DNA from: Promethearchaeia archaeon
Lineage (GTDB): Archaea; Asgardarchaeota; Lokiarchaeia; Sigyniarchaeales; SOKP01
NCBI GenBank assembly: GCA_029856155.1
Contig: JAHQWL010000092.1
Coordinates: forward strand, 1 to 64,000
Direction: 5' to 3'
Length of the DNA stretch: 64,000 nt
Below, piece by piece: positions 40,014 to 51,067 of the stretch; positions within the stretch are counted from its first letter, which is position 1; each line of letters begins with the position of its first letter. The translations under genes and the position numbers were made by a program. The notes beneath the pieces are model-generated. The model worked only from the letters and a program-made list of their open reading frames with translations. It did no database searches and was not told the DNA's origin.

Positions 40014-41753
40014 ATGAAAACTATTGAAAAAACAAGAAAAGGAACACTTAAAAGTTTTGATCCTCAAATTTATAATGAAGCAATTAAGGCTCTAAAAGAT
40101 GAAGATGTCAGAATTATAAACTTTGAAGTAACTCGAATAATTGCTAAAGTGATTAGAACGATGTATGGTCCTAAAGGGTTGGATAAAATGATCGTTCCTG
40201 TATCAAATGAGGCTGAAATAACTCAAAAGGGATATAAAGTTGTAAAAAGCTTTAAAAATAGATTCCCCATTTCTTTAATGCTAATTGAATTGGTTACAAC
40301 ACAAGAAGATAATTGTGGAGATGGTACAAAGACAACATTACTTTTTACAGCATTATTGTTAGAGAAGGCTAAGGAAATGATGAGCTTGGGTGTTTCACCT
40401 CAAACTATTAATAAGGGTTTTTCTTTAGCTTTAGAAAAATCGTTAGAAATATTGGAAGATAATGTTATACCCTATATATCTCAAGATAATGAAGTACTAA
40501 TGAGTATTATTGCATCCGTTATGCATGGTAAATTTTCATCTCAAATAAAGGAACATTATATGAATCTGGTTCTAACAACCCTTGAAAAAAATGAAAATCT
40601 TTTTTTAGAAACCTCCGAATTTGATTTTACGGATATTTTATATAGAAAGGAGCAAGGAAGAAGTACTTATGATTCAGAATTAGTTAATGGGATGATCATT
40701 TATAAGGATAAACCTAATTTATCGCTTCCTAATAAAATAATTAACTCTAAAATATTACTAGTTCAGAAAAGCCTTGATTTTTTTGTTCCTGGAAATCAGG
40801 AGCCGTATAGTAGACAAGTTGAAATTAAGAGCGTGGAGAAATATCAGTCATTTTCCCGATTTCATAATGATTATTATCAGAATCTAGCAAAATTTTTTAA
40901 ACAAAAAGGAATTAATGTAATCCTTTCTCAAAAAAAGATTAATTCACTTCTAATTGACTACTGTGCAAGTATAAATATCATTGCATTGGAATTGGTAGGA
41001 GAGAAAGAGATGAAAAAATTATCTAAATTATTAGATGTTCCAGTAATCTCAAGTATTAATGACTTTTCTGAAGATCAATTAGGATTCGCAAACTTAGTAG
41101 AATTTAGGAAAGTAAGTGGCGATGAGATGTTTTTTATCCATTTAGAGAATTCAAAAATTTTAACCTTTTTATTACGTGGAGGAATATCATATGCTGCCGA
41201 TCAATTAGAAGAAAATCTACAAGGATCTTTAAGAGTAGCGACCCAAACACTTAAAGACAAAAAACTTTTACCAGGAGGTGGGGCATTAGACTGTGAGCTT
41301 TCTCGAATACTCAAAATCTATGCAGGGGAATTTCCTAATAAATATCAAATGGTAATTAGCGAATATGCTAAAGCATTAGAAAGTTTACCTGGTTACTTAA
41401 TTTTAAATTCAGCGGGAGATCCACTCGAAATTATACCTAAATTACGCGAAACTCATTTAAATGGTAAAAAATTAGAAGGATTTAATTGTAATACAAAGAA
41501 AATAGTTGATGTGTTAAAAGAGGGAATTTTTGACGGATATATGGTTAAGAAACACGCATTAAAAATAGCTACTGAGATGGCTCGCCAGATTGTCCGGGTT
41601 GATGCTTTAGTTATGGTATATGATCGAAAATTATATGAAAAGATCGAAAAAGAAGGGAAAGAAGTTAAAAGTCAGAAACATCAAGAAAAGGTGCGAAAAT
41701 ATCTCAACAAAAAAGATGAGGATTTATTCTCTGATCTTTATAATTCTAAATAA
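40014..41753 (+). CDS. Divergent group II chaperonin (thermosome/TCP-1)-like protein
   Basis: YGPKGLDKMIV, GDGTKTT, G.SP..I..G, LLRGG, PGGGA, A.ALE.LP, G..D...VK..A...ATE.A..I.RVD. Confidence 0.85.
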   Translation: MKTIEKTRKGTLKSFDPQIYNEAIKALKDEDVRIINFEVTRIIAKVIRTMYGPKGLDKMIVPVSNEAEITQKGYKVVKSFKNRFPISLMLIELVTTQEDNCGDGTKTTLLFTALLLEKAKEMMSLGVSPQTINKGFSLALEKSLEILEDNVIPYISQDNEVLMSIIASVMHGKFSSQIKEHYMNLVLTTLEKNENLFLETSEFDFTDILYRKEQGRSTYDSELVNGMIIYKDKPNLSLPNKIINSKILLVQKSLDFFVPGNQEPYSRQVEIKSVEKYQSFSRFHNDYYQNLAKFFKQKGINVILSQKKINSLLIDYCASINIIALELVGEKEMKKLSKLLDVPVISSINDFSEDQLGFANLVEFRKVSGDEMFFIHLENSKILTFLLRGGISYAADQLEENLQGSLRVATQTLKDKKLLPGGGALDCELSRILKIYAGEFPNKYQMVISEYAKALESLPGYLILNSAGDPLEIIPKLRETHLNGKKLEGFNCNTKKIVDVLKEGIFDGYMVKKHALKIATEMARQIVRVDALVMVYDRKLYEKIEKEGKEVKSQKHQEKVRKYLNKKDEDLFSDLYNSK

Positions 41754-41886
41754 TATTATTTCTTTCAAGGTGAATGGGAAAGCTCAATTAAAAGAATTAC
41801 TCGTAATTTATCTCGAAATAAAAAAACCAATTCAAATTTATGTTATATTACCGAATTTAGAACAAATTTCTTAAAAAATCCTTAAT

Positions 41887-44409
41887 ATGAAGATTTTTCC
41901 ATACAGTCCCTCGGAATTTAGTGCTGACTTCGTATCAAGAATGAGAAAGCATCCCGATATAATACAGATGCCTTCACCTAGACAAGTTCTTACTATCCCT
42001 CCCTTATTATTAGCAAGGTTTTTACGCAATGGAAATAAACTTTCTGTAAATGATTATATTGAAATTGGAGTCGCAACGTCATTTCCTAATAATCAAGATC
42101 TGGCTAAAAAAGTTGCTTTCCAAATTTTATTTCCCAATTATTCTATAAAAGATATTGACTCATTTTTAGAAAAGAATAAGGGTAATGGTAATGATGCCTT
42201 CGAAAATATTATTGGAATGAATGAAGAGTATGAAAATCAGCAAATCGCTCAATTATGTGAGGAAATAGAATGTGCGAAATTCTCAAATCGTATGCAAGTA
42301 AGTAAAATTGAAGAATTTGTAGAAATAATCCTTCAGAATCGTTCTCATGAACCTTTTAAATCATCTTTAGTTTTCTATGATGATACTTCTGATTTCTATT
42401 TGAATGAAGTAAGTTCAATGGAGCAATTATTAGAGCTAACGAAACAAAAAGTAAGGGAGAAGATAAATTCCCTGAAACCTCATGAGTTAACCGCAATTAA
42501 AGAATTAGGTTTAAGTCAATTAGTTGAAACAAATTCGAGAAAAAAATGGGAAAGAATTACTAATAAAGCACTTAATAATAAGAAGATATATGAAGATTTA
42601 TTTATTTTGAAAACGCGGGGAACATTTGAAGATCTCATTAAAACCGTGAAATTTCTCAGAGATACTGATGCTTTGAAAGAAAATAAGCTTCAAAAAGTAG
42701 AGAATATCTTATCAGGAAAGATTCTAACCATGGAACATGTATTTCATGCAGCATATAAATTAAATGAACTCCCTAAATTTGACTTAAATCAAATTTTAAT
42801 GGAGTCGATTTATACAATCTCACTTGATCGCAACCTTAAATTAGCTCAAAACCTGGATCATTATTTTGGAGCAAATTACCGAAAGTCGTTATTTGAGTTA
42901 CTTAATAGGGAATTTTATAAATCTGAATCATTTAAAGAGCGATTTTATCAAAATGCCGATTTGGTTGATTCAATTTGTAAATATAGTTATTCTTCTTCAT
43001 CATGGGTTTCTCTTCTTGAAAAAATTTTATTATGGGAAATAAGTAATGCCAAGAGTGCATTTCATCCTTATGAAAACTTTAAAATTCTTATTAATAAATT
43101 CGTACAATGTGCTTATTCTTGTGAAAACTTACAATGTTCTCACATAATTTCGCAATTTCTGCCTCGACTTGTAGATCTTTCAATTCTATCATGTAAAGTA
43201 CCGACAGAGCTTAAAGATGTAGTAGATTTTTTAAAAATACAAGAATTGAGACCAAACATAGAATTAGTAAGAAAAATTGGACATAAGATCGAGATGCCTG
43301 AAGAAGAAGTTGCTGAGTTAATTGAACCTGCATTTGAAGTCTTAAAAAAATATATGATAAAAGCAAATGCAGATCTCAAGATAATGCAGCATTTAATGGA
43401 TAAAATTAAATCGGAATTAAATTACGATAAAATTTTAGAATTAATGCAAATTGCATTAGGATCTAATAATAGGGAAGCTCTCGCTGTTCTCGCACATTAC
43501 AATTTAGAACAATCTCTTGAAGCTGCACAATCACTTGAAGGACGAAAAGGAGTCGATAAAATTATTTCTTGTTTAACAGCAGGAAATGGTGAAAATTTAA
43601 TAAAGCAATGGTTTCTGCACCGAGACAAGATACCTCAATTTTTAAAGGACAAGATTAAAGATATTGCCAGACAAATTTTAGTAGAGCTAGGTATTAACTA
43701 TTCAAAATCATATCTCGGGAGTTTAGCAACGGGAGCAATTCAAACGAATCTTATAAGACCATATGAAATAGGAGATTCATTTGAAGATATTGATCTAGAA
43801 TCAACAATGTTTAATCTTCTTGAAAAAGGAAAGCCTATTGATCACATTACTTATGATGATTTTTTAGTGTTTATATCTTCGAGTGGCTTGAGAAGTATTT
43901 GCATAGAAATGGACATTTCTGAAAGCATGACTGGGGAAAAGTTAGCATATATGGCTATATGCGTTACCATGTTGGTGTATGGGATGCGAAAGGATGAATT
44001 AGGAATAACATTATTTGAGAAGGGTACTCATGTATTAAAGGAAATAAACCAAAATGTCGATCTAGAAGATTTAGCTGACGAATTATTAAGTATGAAAGCC
44101 CGAGGTACTACTTTTGTGGAAAAAGCTTTGCATTGGGCACGGGATCAATTTAAAAGAGCTTTTCGGTCAAAAAATAAAATTAATATAATGTTTACAGATG
44201 CTGAAATATATGATATTCCTAACGCAGCTGAAACATTAAGAGCATTTAAATCTTTAGGCGTGGATTTTATTCTTGTTTGTCCAGAGCAACAATTCAATAT
44301 GAAGGAATCAGAAAAAATAGTAAAAATGGCGGGGGGGCAATTACTAACAGTAAAAAATTGGGAAAATTTCCCTGAATTAATCACTAACATAATTAATACA
44401 AGGTTTTAA
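41887..44409 (+). CDS. Large VWA (CoxE-like) domain protein
   Basis: C-terminal MIDAS DISES...GTT...FTDAE preceded by RPY..GD...IDLEST. Confidence 0.85.
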   Translation: MKIFPYSPSEFSADFVSRMRKHPDIIQMPSPRQVLTIPPLLLARFLRNGNKLSVNDYIEIGVATSFPNNQDLAKKVAFQILFPNYSIKDIDSFLEKNKGNGNDAFENIIGMNEEYENQQIAQLCEEIECAKFSNRMQVSKIEEFVEIILQNRSHEPFKSSLVFYDDTSDFYLNEVSSMEQLLELTKQKVREKINSLKPHELTAIKELGLSQLVETNSRKKWERITNKALNNKKIYEDLFILKTRGTFEDLIKTVKFLRDTDALKENKLQKVENILSGKILTMEHVFHAAYKLNELPKFDLNQILMESIYTISLDRNLKLAQNLDHYFGANYRKSLFELLNREFYKSESFKERFYQNADLVDSICKYSYSSSSWVSLLEKILLWEISNAKSAFHPYENFKILINKFVQCAYSCENLQCSHIISQFLPRLVDLSILSCKVPTELKDVVDFLKIQELRPNIELVRKIGHKIEMPEEEVAELIEPAFEVLKKYMIKANADLKIMQHLMDKIKSELNYDKILELMQIALGSNNREALAVLAHYNLEQSLEAAQSLEGRKGVDKIISCLTAGNGENLIKQWFLHRDKIPQFLKDKIKDIARQILVELGINYSKSYLGSLATGAIQTNLIRPYEIGDSFEDIDLESTMFNLLEKGKPIDHITYDDFLVFISSSGLRSICIEMDISESMTGEKLAYMAICVTMLVYGMRKDELGITLFEKGTHVLKEINQNVDLEDLADELLSMKARGTTFVEKALHWARDQFKRAFRSKNKINIMFTDAEIYDIPNAAETLRAFKSLGVDFILVCPEQQFNMKESEKIVKMAGGQLLTVKNWENFPELITNIINTRF

Positions 44410-44410
44410 T

Positions 44411-46774
44411 TTGATAAAAAGTAGAATATCTGAATATATTAGTACATATTTTGGGAGCGTAATTTGTGAAAAAGCTAATAAAATTCAAAATGATCTTTTG
44501 AATATCCTTTCAATAAAAGAAAATCCTACAAAAATACGAGCTATTATATTTGAAAAAGGTAATTCAATACATATTGTCATTGATGAAAAGAACAAAGTAA
44601 TATTCCATGATTGTCTTTCTTTTTTTAATCCAGAAGAAAATTATCCTTGTGCTCATTTAACTAAACTCTTGCTAGCTATAAATCCTAACACAGCTATGCA
44701 GATATTTCAGGATTGGCATCTTTATAAATTTATAAATCAATCTGATAGAGATATATCAAAAAATTTTTATTTATTATCAGAACTCTTTTTTCATTCCAAT
44801 TTATTTATCGATTCATTGCATTTTCTTAACGAAGCTATATTTTATGCGGAGGCTAATGTTGATTTAATCAAATTATATATAGGGCGTATAATAAATAAGA
44901 ACCTATTTAGTAGATTATTTTTTTTTCTTGACGATCTTTTTGAAAATTATCCAGATAATAACTTTTTAGAGCTATGTGGGAAAAATCTTAGAAAGGGGAT
45001 AATAAAGCTCTTTAAATCTATTCCATCTCTTTCATTATCTGATTTATTAAAAATTATAAAATCCCTTTACAACATTGGAAATAACATTGATTTAATAATA
45101 GGTACTGAAGAATTTATTAATGAGATACAAAAATTATTCAACTCTAAAAATTTTAATTCACAATTCTTTGCACATATATGTTTACAATTATTATATAACA
45201 AGAATAAAATCGATCAAGTTCATTTTGAAAGAATTACCAACACTAATAACGATTTAATTGTTTTTAAAAAGAAGCTTGCTAAAAAACTTGATGTTTTTTT
45301 AGAAGATGTTCACACTTTAAGCGAATACGAACAAATTGAGTTCATTTTGAAACTCTATCATATCCCTCAAGAAAAATTTCAAGAAAAATATTATCATTTT
45401 ATAACTGAAAGGCAACAAATAGAGGAAACGTTTCATGCTAGAAAGCTTGCTTTTTTAAAGCTCTTGATTAAGCGAAGCAAAGTCCTCCTGAATTCTAAAG
45501 TTGATATTGAAAAAGAGAGAGACAAATATCGTATAATTCATGAACCAGATATTATAAAAAATCAATTTTATACGGATTATCTTCTACCAAGACTAGGCTT
45601 TTTTGGCAATAATTTTGAGATGATTAAACCTCGGGATATTGCAATAAACTTTTATCTCTTTTACCGTTTGTATCGAATTAATTGGAATGAACTTCCAGAT
45701 GTTTATTATTTTAGAAATAAGTTTTGGGATGAATTAGCTATCCAAAATATAAAATCGAAACATGGGTTGCCCCTAATGAGATATGGAGTCGATTATACAT
45801 TGGACGCCGGTCTCGAATTTTTGGATAATAATGAGATCCTTATAATTGAATGGGATCTTGCGGATAAGTCATATTATGGAGGTGTTGTAATGGCGTTTGG
45901 AACCGCTAAGATGATACCGGATTATGAAAATCCTTTATTATATGACATTAAACCTTTTGACTTAACTTTCTGTTTTAAAAATCCTAGAGAGATTGATAGC
46001 GAAAATCTTAAAATTATGAAAATTATATCCAAATGTTCCTTTAAAGATACGATATATAAGGTTTCGAGAGGAATGTCCTTTATAGAAGGGTCTTATCCCC
46101 TTTCCCTAATATTAGATGTACTAAAGCATGAGATTTCTCCTCTTGATGCTATCAATTTATTAGATGAAAGCCCTAAAAAAAACTACGTACCGCATTTTTA
46201 TCAATTTATTCATGAGTTTAAAGAGTTTATCTTTAATGAGGTTTTGAAAGCCAAGTTAGAAAATATAGGTGAGTTAAAGAAAATTTCTGATACTAATGTA
46301 GAAACCATTATTAAATTAATAGGATTGACCACTAGTTTGGCCGGAATTCAATTTCCATATTCCGAGACGATTAAACTTTTATTAAAACCGGGTATCACGA
46401 GAGATTCATTACGTTTTAAACTAATCAATATTGTTCATGAATATATACAAGCCATTTTAAACAGTGATAAAATTGGGAATACAATCATCTTTGATCTAAA
46501 TAAAATGAAAAATACTCTATTTTCGCAATATTCTGAGCAGATCTTAAAAATCAGAAAAGAAGAATTTGAATCCGCAATAATATATCAGACTAAGGAAAGA
46601 GGTTCTTTCTATTTTGATCTCTCAAATATTGCCCTCACTTATTATGGAATCCAAATTATGAAGATACTAAAAATACTGGGAGAATTAAATATAAAAAGTA
46701 CTATTTTTGATCGATTTGCTGAAATAGCTCAAAAATTAGGTTTGAATCTGAATATTATTATCAATAGTAATTAA
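44411..46774 (+). CDS. Large helical protein with N-terminal SWIM-like Zn finger
   Basis: FHDC-x11-CAHL resembles the SWIM CxC...CxH motif with His as first ligand; TTG start 1 nt after the VWA stop. Confidence 0.65.
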   Translation: MIKSRISEYISTYFGSVICEKANKIQNDLLNILSIKENPTKIRAIIFEKGNSIHIVIDEKNKVIFHDCLSFFNPEENYPCAHLTKLLLAINPNTAMQIFQDWHLYKFINQSDRDISKNFYLLSELFFHSNLFIDSLHFLNEAIFYAEANVDLIKLYIGRIINKNLFSRLFFFLDDLFENYPDNNFLELCGKNLRKGIIKLFKSIPSLSLSDLLKIIKSLYNIGNNIDLIIGTEEFINEIQKLFNSKNFNSQFFAHICLQLLYNKNKIDQVHFERITNTNNDLIVFKKKLAKKLDVFLEDVHTLSEYEQIEFILKLYHIPQEKFQEKYYHFITERQQIEETFHARKLAFLKLLIKRSKVLLNSKVDIEKERDKYRIIHEPDIIKNQFYTDYLLPRLGFFGNNFEMIKPRDIAINFYLFYRLYRINWNELPDVYYFRNKFWDELAIQNIKSKHGLPLMRYGVDYTLDAGLEFLDNNEILIIEWDLADKSYYGGVVMAFGTAKMIPDYENPLLYDIKPFDLTFCFKNPREIDSENLKIMKIISKCSFKDTIYKVSRGMSFIEGSYPLSLILDVLKHEISPLDAINLLDESPKKNYVPHFYQFIHEFKEFIFNEVLKAKLENIGELKKISDTNVETIIKLIGLTTSLAGIQFPYSETIKLLLKPGITRDSLRFKLINIVHEYIQAILNSDKIGNTIIFDLNKMKNTLFSQYSEQILKIRKEEFESAIIYQTKERGSFYFDLSNIALTYYGIQIMKILKILGELNIKSTIFDRFAEIAQKLGLNLNIIINSN

Positions 46775-46803
46775 AAAAAGCATTATATGGACTCTTAACT
46801 ATT

Positions 46804-46821
46804 AGCTTGAAATAACAAGCT
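46804..46821. promoter_or_regulatory. Palindromic operator AGCTTG-aaataa-CAAGCT
   Basis: 72 nt upstream of the SCP2-like gene at 46893. Confidence 0.75.
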
Positions 46822-46892
46822 AAAAATATTTAAAATTGACATCTTGATAGTTATTAATGAAAATTATCTGAAAATTCATAAGAGGATTTGAA

Positions 46893-47318
46893 ATGAGTGA
46901 AGAAAAGAGTAGGAATTTAGAAGGATTTGCTCACATGATTTATAATCAATTTGAAAGACCCTTAAAGGACAATCAAAAATTTAAAGAGAAATATAAGGAT
47001 GCCAAATTGAAAATATTTTTAAATATAACCGATGCAACTCATGCAGCTTTATTAACGATAGATAAAGGAGCCATAACTGTAAATGGAATTCTGCAAACAG
47101 ATAAAGAGGGATTAATTAAAGCTGCTGAAGATGTTGACGCTCTAATTAAAACCGATATGAATACTTTTGTTTCGATGGAGAATATGTCCACCCTAAAAAC
47201 AATAGGGAAGATTTTTGGGGGAAAACTTAAAATTAAGGGTGGGAAGAATTTAAGAATACTTCAGGATTTAAGAAAGTTAGCTACAGAAGCAGATGCGGAT
47301 GTTAGTGAGTTTTTTTAA
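46893..47318 (+). CDS. SCP2-like domain protein, copy 3 (divergent)
   Basis: L.I.KG.I.V, DA.I..D..TF and GGKLKIKG..NL..LQ SCP2 features. Confidence 0.7.
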   Translation: MSEEKSRNLEGFAHMIYNQFERPLKDNQKFKEKYKDAKLKIFLNITDATHAALLTIDKGAITVNGILQTDKEGLIKAAEDVDALIKTDMNTFVSMENMSTLKTIGKIFGGKLKIKGGKNLRILQDLRKLATEADADVSEFF

Positions 47319-47427
47319 ATCATGTAAACCATGGAATATTAATATTAACGAATAATTCTTTATTATTTTTTTTAATTTATTTTACGTTAATTAATATTAG
47401 TAATTTTGAGTAAAATGTGTTTATTGG

Positions 47428-48741
47428 TTGTTTTCAAATATAGAGAGGTATAGATGCTTGGAGGATCTTAACATACAACAGCTTGAAAAGCAGTACTTTA
47501 GTGGTAAGGTAAGCAAGAAATCCATTGTTGATAAACTCATTTTAAAAATAGAATATAATAATGAAGTCTCTATTAGAATTAAAAGTTTAGAAACATTAAG
47601 TAAATTAAATCTATTATCTGATATGCATTTTGATTATTTAGAAAATCTAGCTATAGCTGATTTGAATGATCAAATTAGATCTATAGCAATAAAAACTATT
47701 ATAGACCAGTTCTATGATAAAGCGGACTTTTTAATAAATTGGATTGTTTATTTTGAGAATTCACCTTTTCTATTAAATGTGGCTATTAATTCATTGATTA
47801 AGATTGACGAGCAATACTTAAAATATCTTTTATCAGAATCCATAACAAAAAAAATATCTGAAAAATCAAACAAGACAGATGAACTATTCAAGAAAGAATT
47901 AAAAAACTTATTTAACGAAAAACCACCAAATATGCTCCCAATTGATCAACTTACACAAATATTCCTTAATTTCTGTTTTATTTTAAACAATGAAAAAAAA
48001 TATCTTTTTTCTGAAAATCTAAACACTTCATCACTTATGTATAAACTTGAAGAGGGATGTATTACTGAATTAAGAGTGTGGGGTCTAAAAATTATTAAAG
48101 TCAGTGATCTTGAAGGTATCAATTTATTAACAGAATTGCAGATCCTTGATCTATCTGGGAATAATTTAAAGGAAATTGATGGGTTGATAAATCTTTCCAA
48201 ATTAAAATTGCTAAAATTTGGTGATTTAAGTTATGATACTGGTAATCAAATAAGTGAGATTAAAGGTCTTAATTCCTTGCCTAATCTTAAGATTCTCAAC
48301 CTATCAAATAATTTTATTAAGCAAATCAAAGGTATTGATAATTTAAAAAATTTGGAATATTTGTATTTAGTTAATAATTCTATTTCAGAGATACAAGATA
48401 TTGAAAATCTTGAAAAACTGAGATATTTGAATCTTGAGAAAAATAATATCTCTAAAATTGAAAATATTGAAATCTTATCTAATTTAGAAACAATTGTATT
48501 AAACGACAATAATATAAAAGTATTAGAAAACGTCGGAACCCTGAATAAGCTCAGAGAAATAAGGATTAGTAGGAATCCACTTTCCGAGATAGAAGTTAAG
48601 CCTAGTTTAAATAATATCTGTTTAAAGCTTCATACATCAGAAATAGAACGATTATCCAAGTTAAATGGAATTGACTCATTTACAATCAAAGCTATTGGAG
48701 ATGAAAAACCTAACGAATATACTACTCGTTATCAACAATAA
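47428..48741 (+). CDS. HEAT-like N-terminus plus leucine-rich repeat (SDS22-like) protein
   Basis: Repeated LxxLxxLxLxxNxIxxIxxL units; LENLAIAD.NDQIR helical repeat. Confidence 0.88.
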   Translation: MFSNIERYRCLEDLNIQQLEKQYFSGKVSKKSIVDKLILKIEYNNEVSIRIKSLETLSKLNLLSDMHFDYLENLAIADLNDQIRSIAIKTIIDQFYDKADFLINWIVYFENSPFLLNVAINSLIKIDEQYLKYLLSESITKKISEKSNKTDELFKKELKNLFNEKPPNMLPIDQLTQIFLNFCFILNNEKKYLFSENLNTSSLMYKLEEGCITELRVWGLKIIKVSDLEGINLLTELQILDLSGNNLKEIDGLINLSKLKLLKFGDLSYDTGNQISEIKGLNSLPNLKILNLSNNFIKQIKGIDNLKNLEYLYLVNNSISEIQDIENLEKLRYLNLEKNNISKIENIEILSNLETIVLNDNNIKVLENVGTLNKLREIRISRNPLSEIEVKPSLNNICLKLHTSEIERLSKLNGIDSFTIKAIGDEKPNEYTTRYQQ

Positions 48742-49136
48742 ATAAGATATTGCCTTATTTAGGCATTCCTTTTTACCTTATCATATATTAATATGCTGAT
48801 AGTCTCATTAAGATGCATTAACAAGGTCATGGAAACTGTTAAAATCAAAAAAGAAAGTTAAAAAGAATAATAAACAAAATGAATTTATTTTCAAGTTTTC
48901 AGACATTTGAATTATATCTTATGTGATTATTTTTATTAAATTATGTTGGAATAGAATTTATCAATTATATGTTTTGAGCTTGCTATTTACAGTGTTTTAA
49001 TTTTTATGGTATTAATAGCATGATATGGTTTAGTTAACATAAGATTTATTTAACTTTTTCTTAGCAATTTTTATATAGTAGTTTGATATTATTTTTATAT
49101 TAACTTTTAATTGTTAGATTATTAATTTAAGAGGGT

Positions 49137-50866
49137 GTGATTATTTTGGTTGAATTAAAGGAAGTTCACAAAAATATAATATTCACAGTTGTTATCTCAT
49201 TTGTTATCTTTATCCTTGGGGTGTTCATAAACTTTATAATCGTTCGATTCATACCAGGTGACCCCGCAAGGCAATATCTCGCTTCTATGGGAATTTTATC
49301 TCCTACTCAAGAACAATATCTATAGATGCTTTACGTACGTTAGGATTTGATCAACCAATTATCATCCAATTTTTTAGATATTTAGGGAATCTCTTTACAG
49401 CTAATTGGGGAATCTCAATTGCTATAAATGCAGGTATGCCAGTTACTGAAATACTTCGAATTGCTGTTCCTAGAACTATTGAAATTATTTATATTCCTTT
49501 AATCATAGGACTAGTAGTAGGTATTATTCTTGGCAGACTTTCGAGAAAATATGAAGACCACAAGATTGGAAAATATATTAATGTATATGTAGCTGTTGCT
49601 ATTGCAGTTCCTACATTTGTATTTGCAATGATCTTTCAATTAGTGTTTGGTTATCTTTTGAATGTTTTGCCAGCATTTGGTTATAAGACAATATCATACG
49701 CAGATCCATCGTTAATAACTGGATTTCTCATAGTAGATTCTTTAATTGATGGAAATATAGCTTTGGCGGGAGATATCCTTTTACATTTTATACTACCCGA
49801 ATTGTGTTTAACTCTTATCGTTACTGCACTTGTAACAAGACAATATCGCTCTACTATAGAAAGCAATGCAATCACTACTACTAGATCTTTAATTTCAAAT
49901 ACAGCAACTATTGGTTATCATTTTGGTTTTATTTTTACTTCAATTATTTTAGTAGAAACTACTTTCAATGTAGGTGGTTTTGGCAGCTATTTTTTAAACG
50001 CAATAATGGTTGGAGATTTTTTCGTTATAGTGGCATTTGTGAATATGATAATTATTTTTTTCGCTATTACTTCAATCATTTCAAATATCATTTTTAGTGT
50101 ACGTGAATCCGAGCAGTTTATATCTCCTGGATCTTTTGATGAAACTTATCCGCATCTAAAATGGAAGTCTCCTTTTACAATCATTGGATTAATCATAATT
50201 AGCTTTTTTATTATAGTTGCATTATACCCTGAAATAATAAGTCAATATTCTCTCACAGAACTTAAGGGTTCTTTCCCAGGGCAATGGGAACTCCCTTCTT
50301 CAGATCATCTTTTGGGACAAGGAACATCTGGGCGAGATATGCTTGGACAAATTGTTTGGGGTGTATCGTTTTGTATTTTAGTTGGGATGGGAGCTGTCGT
50401 TATAGGGATATTAGGAGGATTATTGTTTAGACTAACTGCTACGAAATTAAGCGAAAGGGGTAAAAATTTAGTTACCGGATTTACATTAGTTATATATATA
50501 ATTCCAAGTGCAATCCTTGTTTTTCTTATAGCATTAATTTTTGGAAGTAATTTTATAATGACAATGATATTTATAGGGATAGTACTTATTCCGAGTTTTA
50601 CAAGGATAACTGCTAATGCTTCTACTTTAGAAATTAATGTATTTAAGTCAATCTTAAAGTATCTACCATTAATGGTTGGTATCGCAATGATACTTTTTGA
50701 ATCCATTAATTTTTTAGGATTCTCAAATACAAGGATCATTACTTTAGGGCAACTTATTAATGAAGGGAGGCTTCAACTGTATTATTATTTTAGATTCGCA
50801 ATTTTTCCGGCAATAGCAATAATACTCATGGTTACAGGGCTTATTCTTTTATATGAAGGATTATAA
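49137..50866 (+). pseudogene. Fused DppB-DppC peptide/nickel ABC permease, frameshifted at 49321-49325
   Basis: The ORF with IPGDPA stops at TAG 49323; the DppB motif continues in the -1 frame (DALRTLGFDQPIIIQFFRYL...WGIS) into ORF 49436, whose second half has the DppC motif PS.DHLLG....GRD. Confidence 0.75.
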
Positions 50867-51067
50867 CAGTATTTATACTTTAAAATTAAAGGATTTAAAA
50901 ATGCTTATTAAATCTTTTAAATTATATTGTTAGAAGAACTAATGTAATTAACCAATGGGAAGTATATAGGTAACATCCCGTTGAAATTATGTAAAAAAGA
51001 ATTAGTAAAAATATTAAAAAATTCAAAATTCAGATAATTAAAACAATTAGTTTGGAGTTTTTATGAA

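Noticed and set aside
48742-49136. ncRNA or small gene in the longest intergenic gap
   Set aside because: Very AT-rich, only very short ORFs, and no GC-rich stem typical of structured RNA
49323-49343. Amber readthrough in the ABC permease
   Set aside because: The same frame stops again at 49341-49343, and the DppB similarity continues in a different frame
50953-50983. Possible RNA hairpin CAATGGGA...TCCCGTTG upstream of the icd-family gene
   Set aside because: Single 8-bp stem with a G-U pair and a 15-nt loop; not distinguishable from chance
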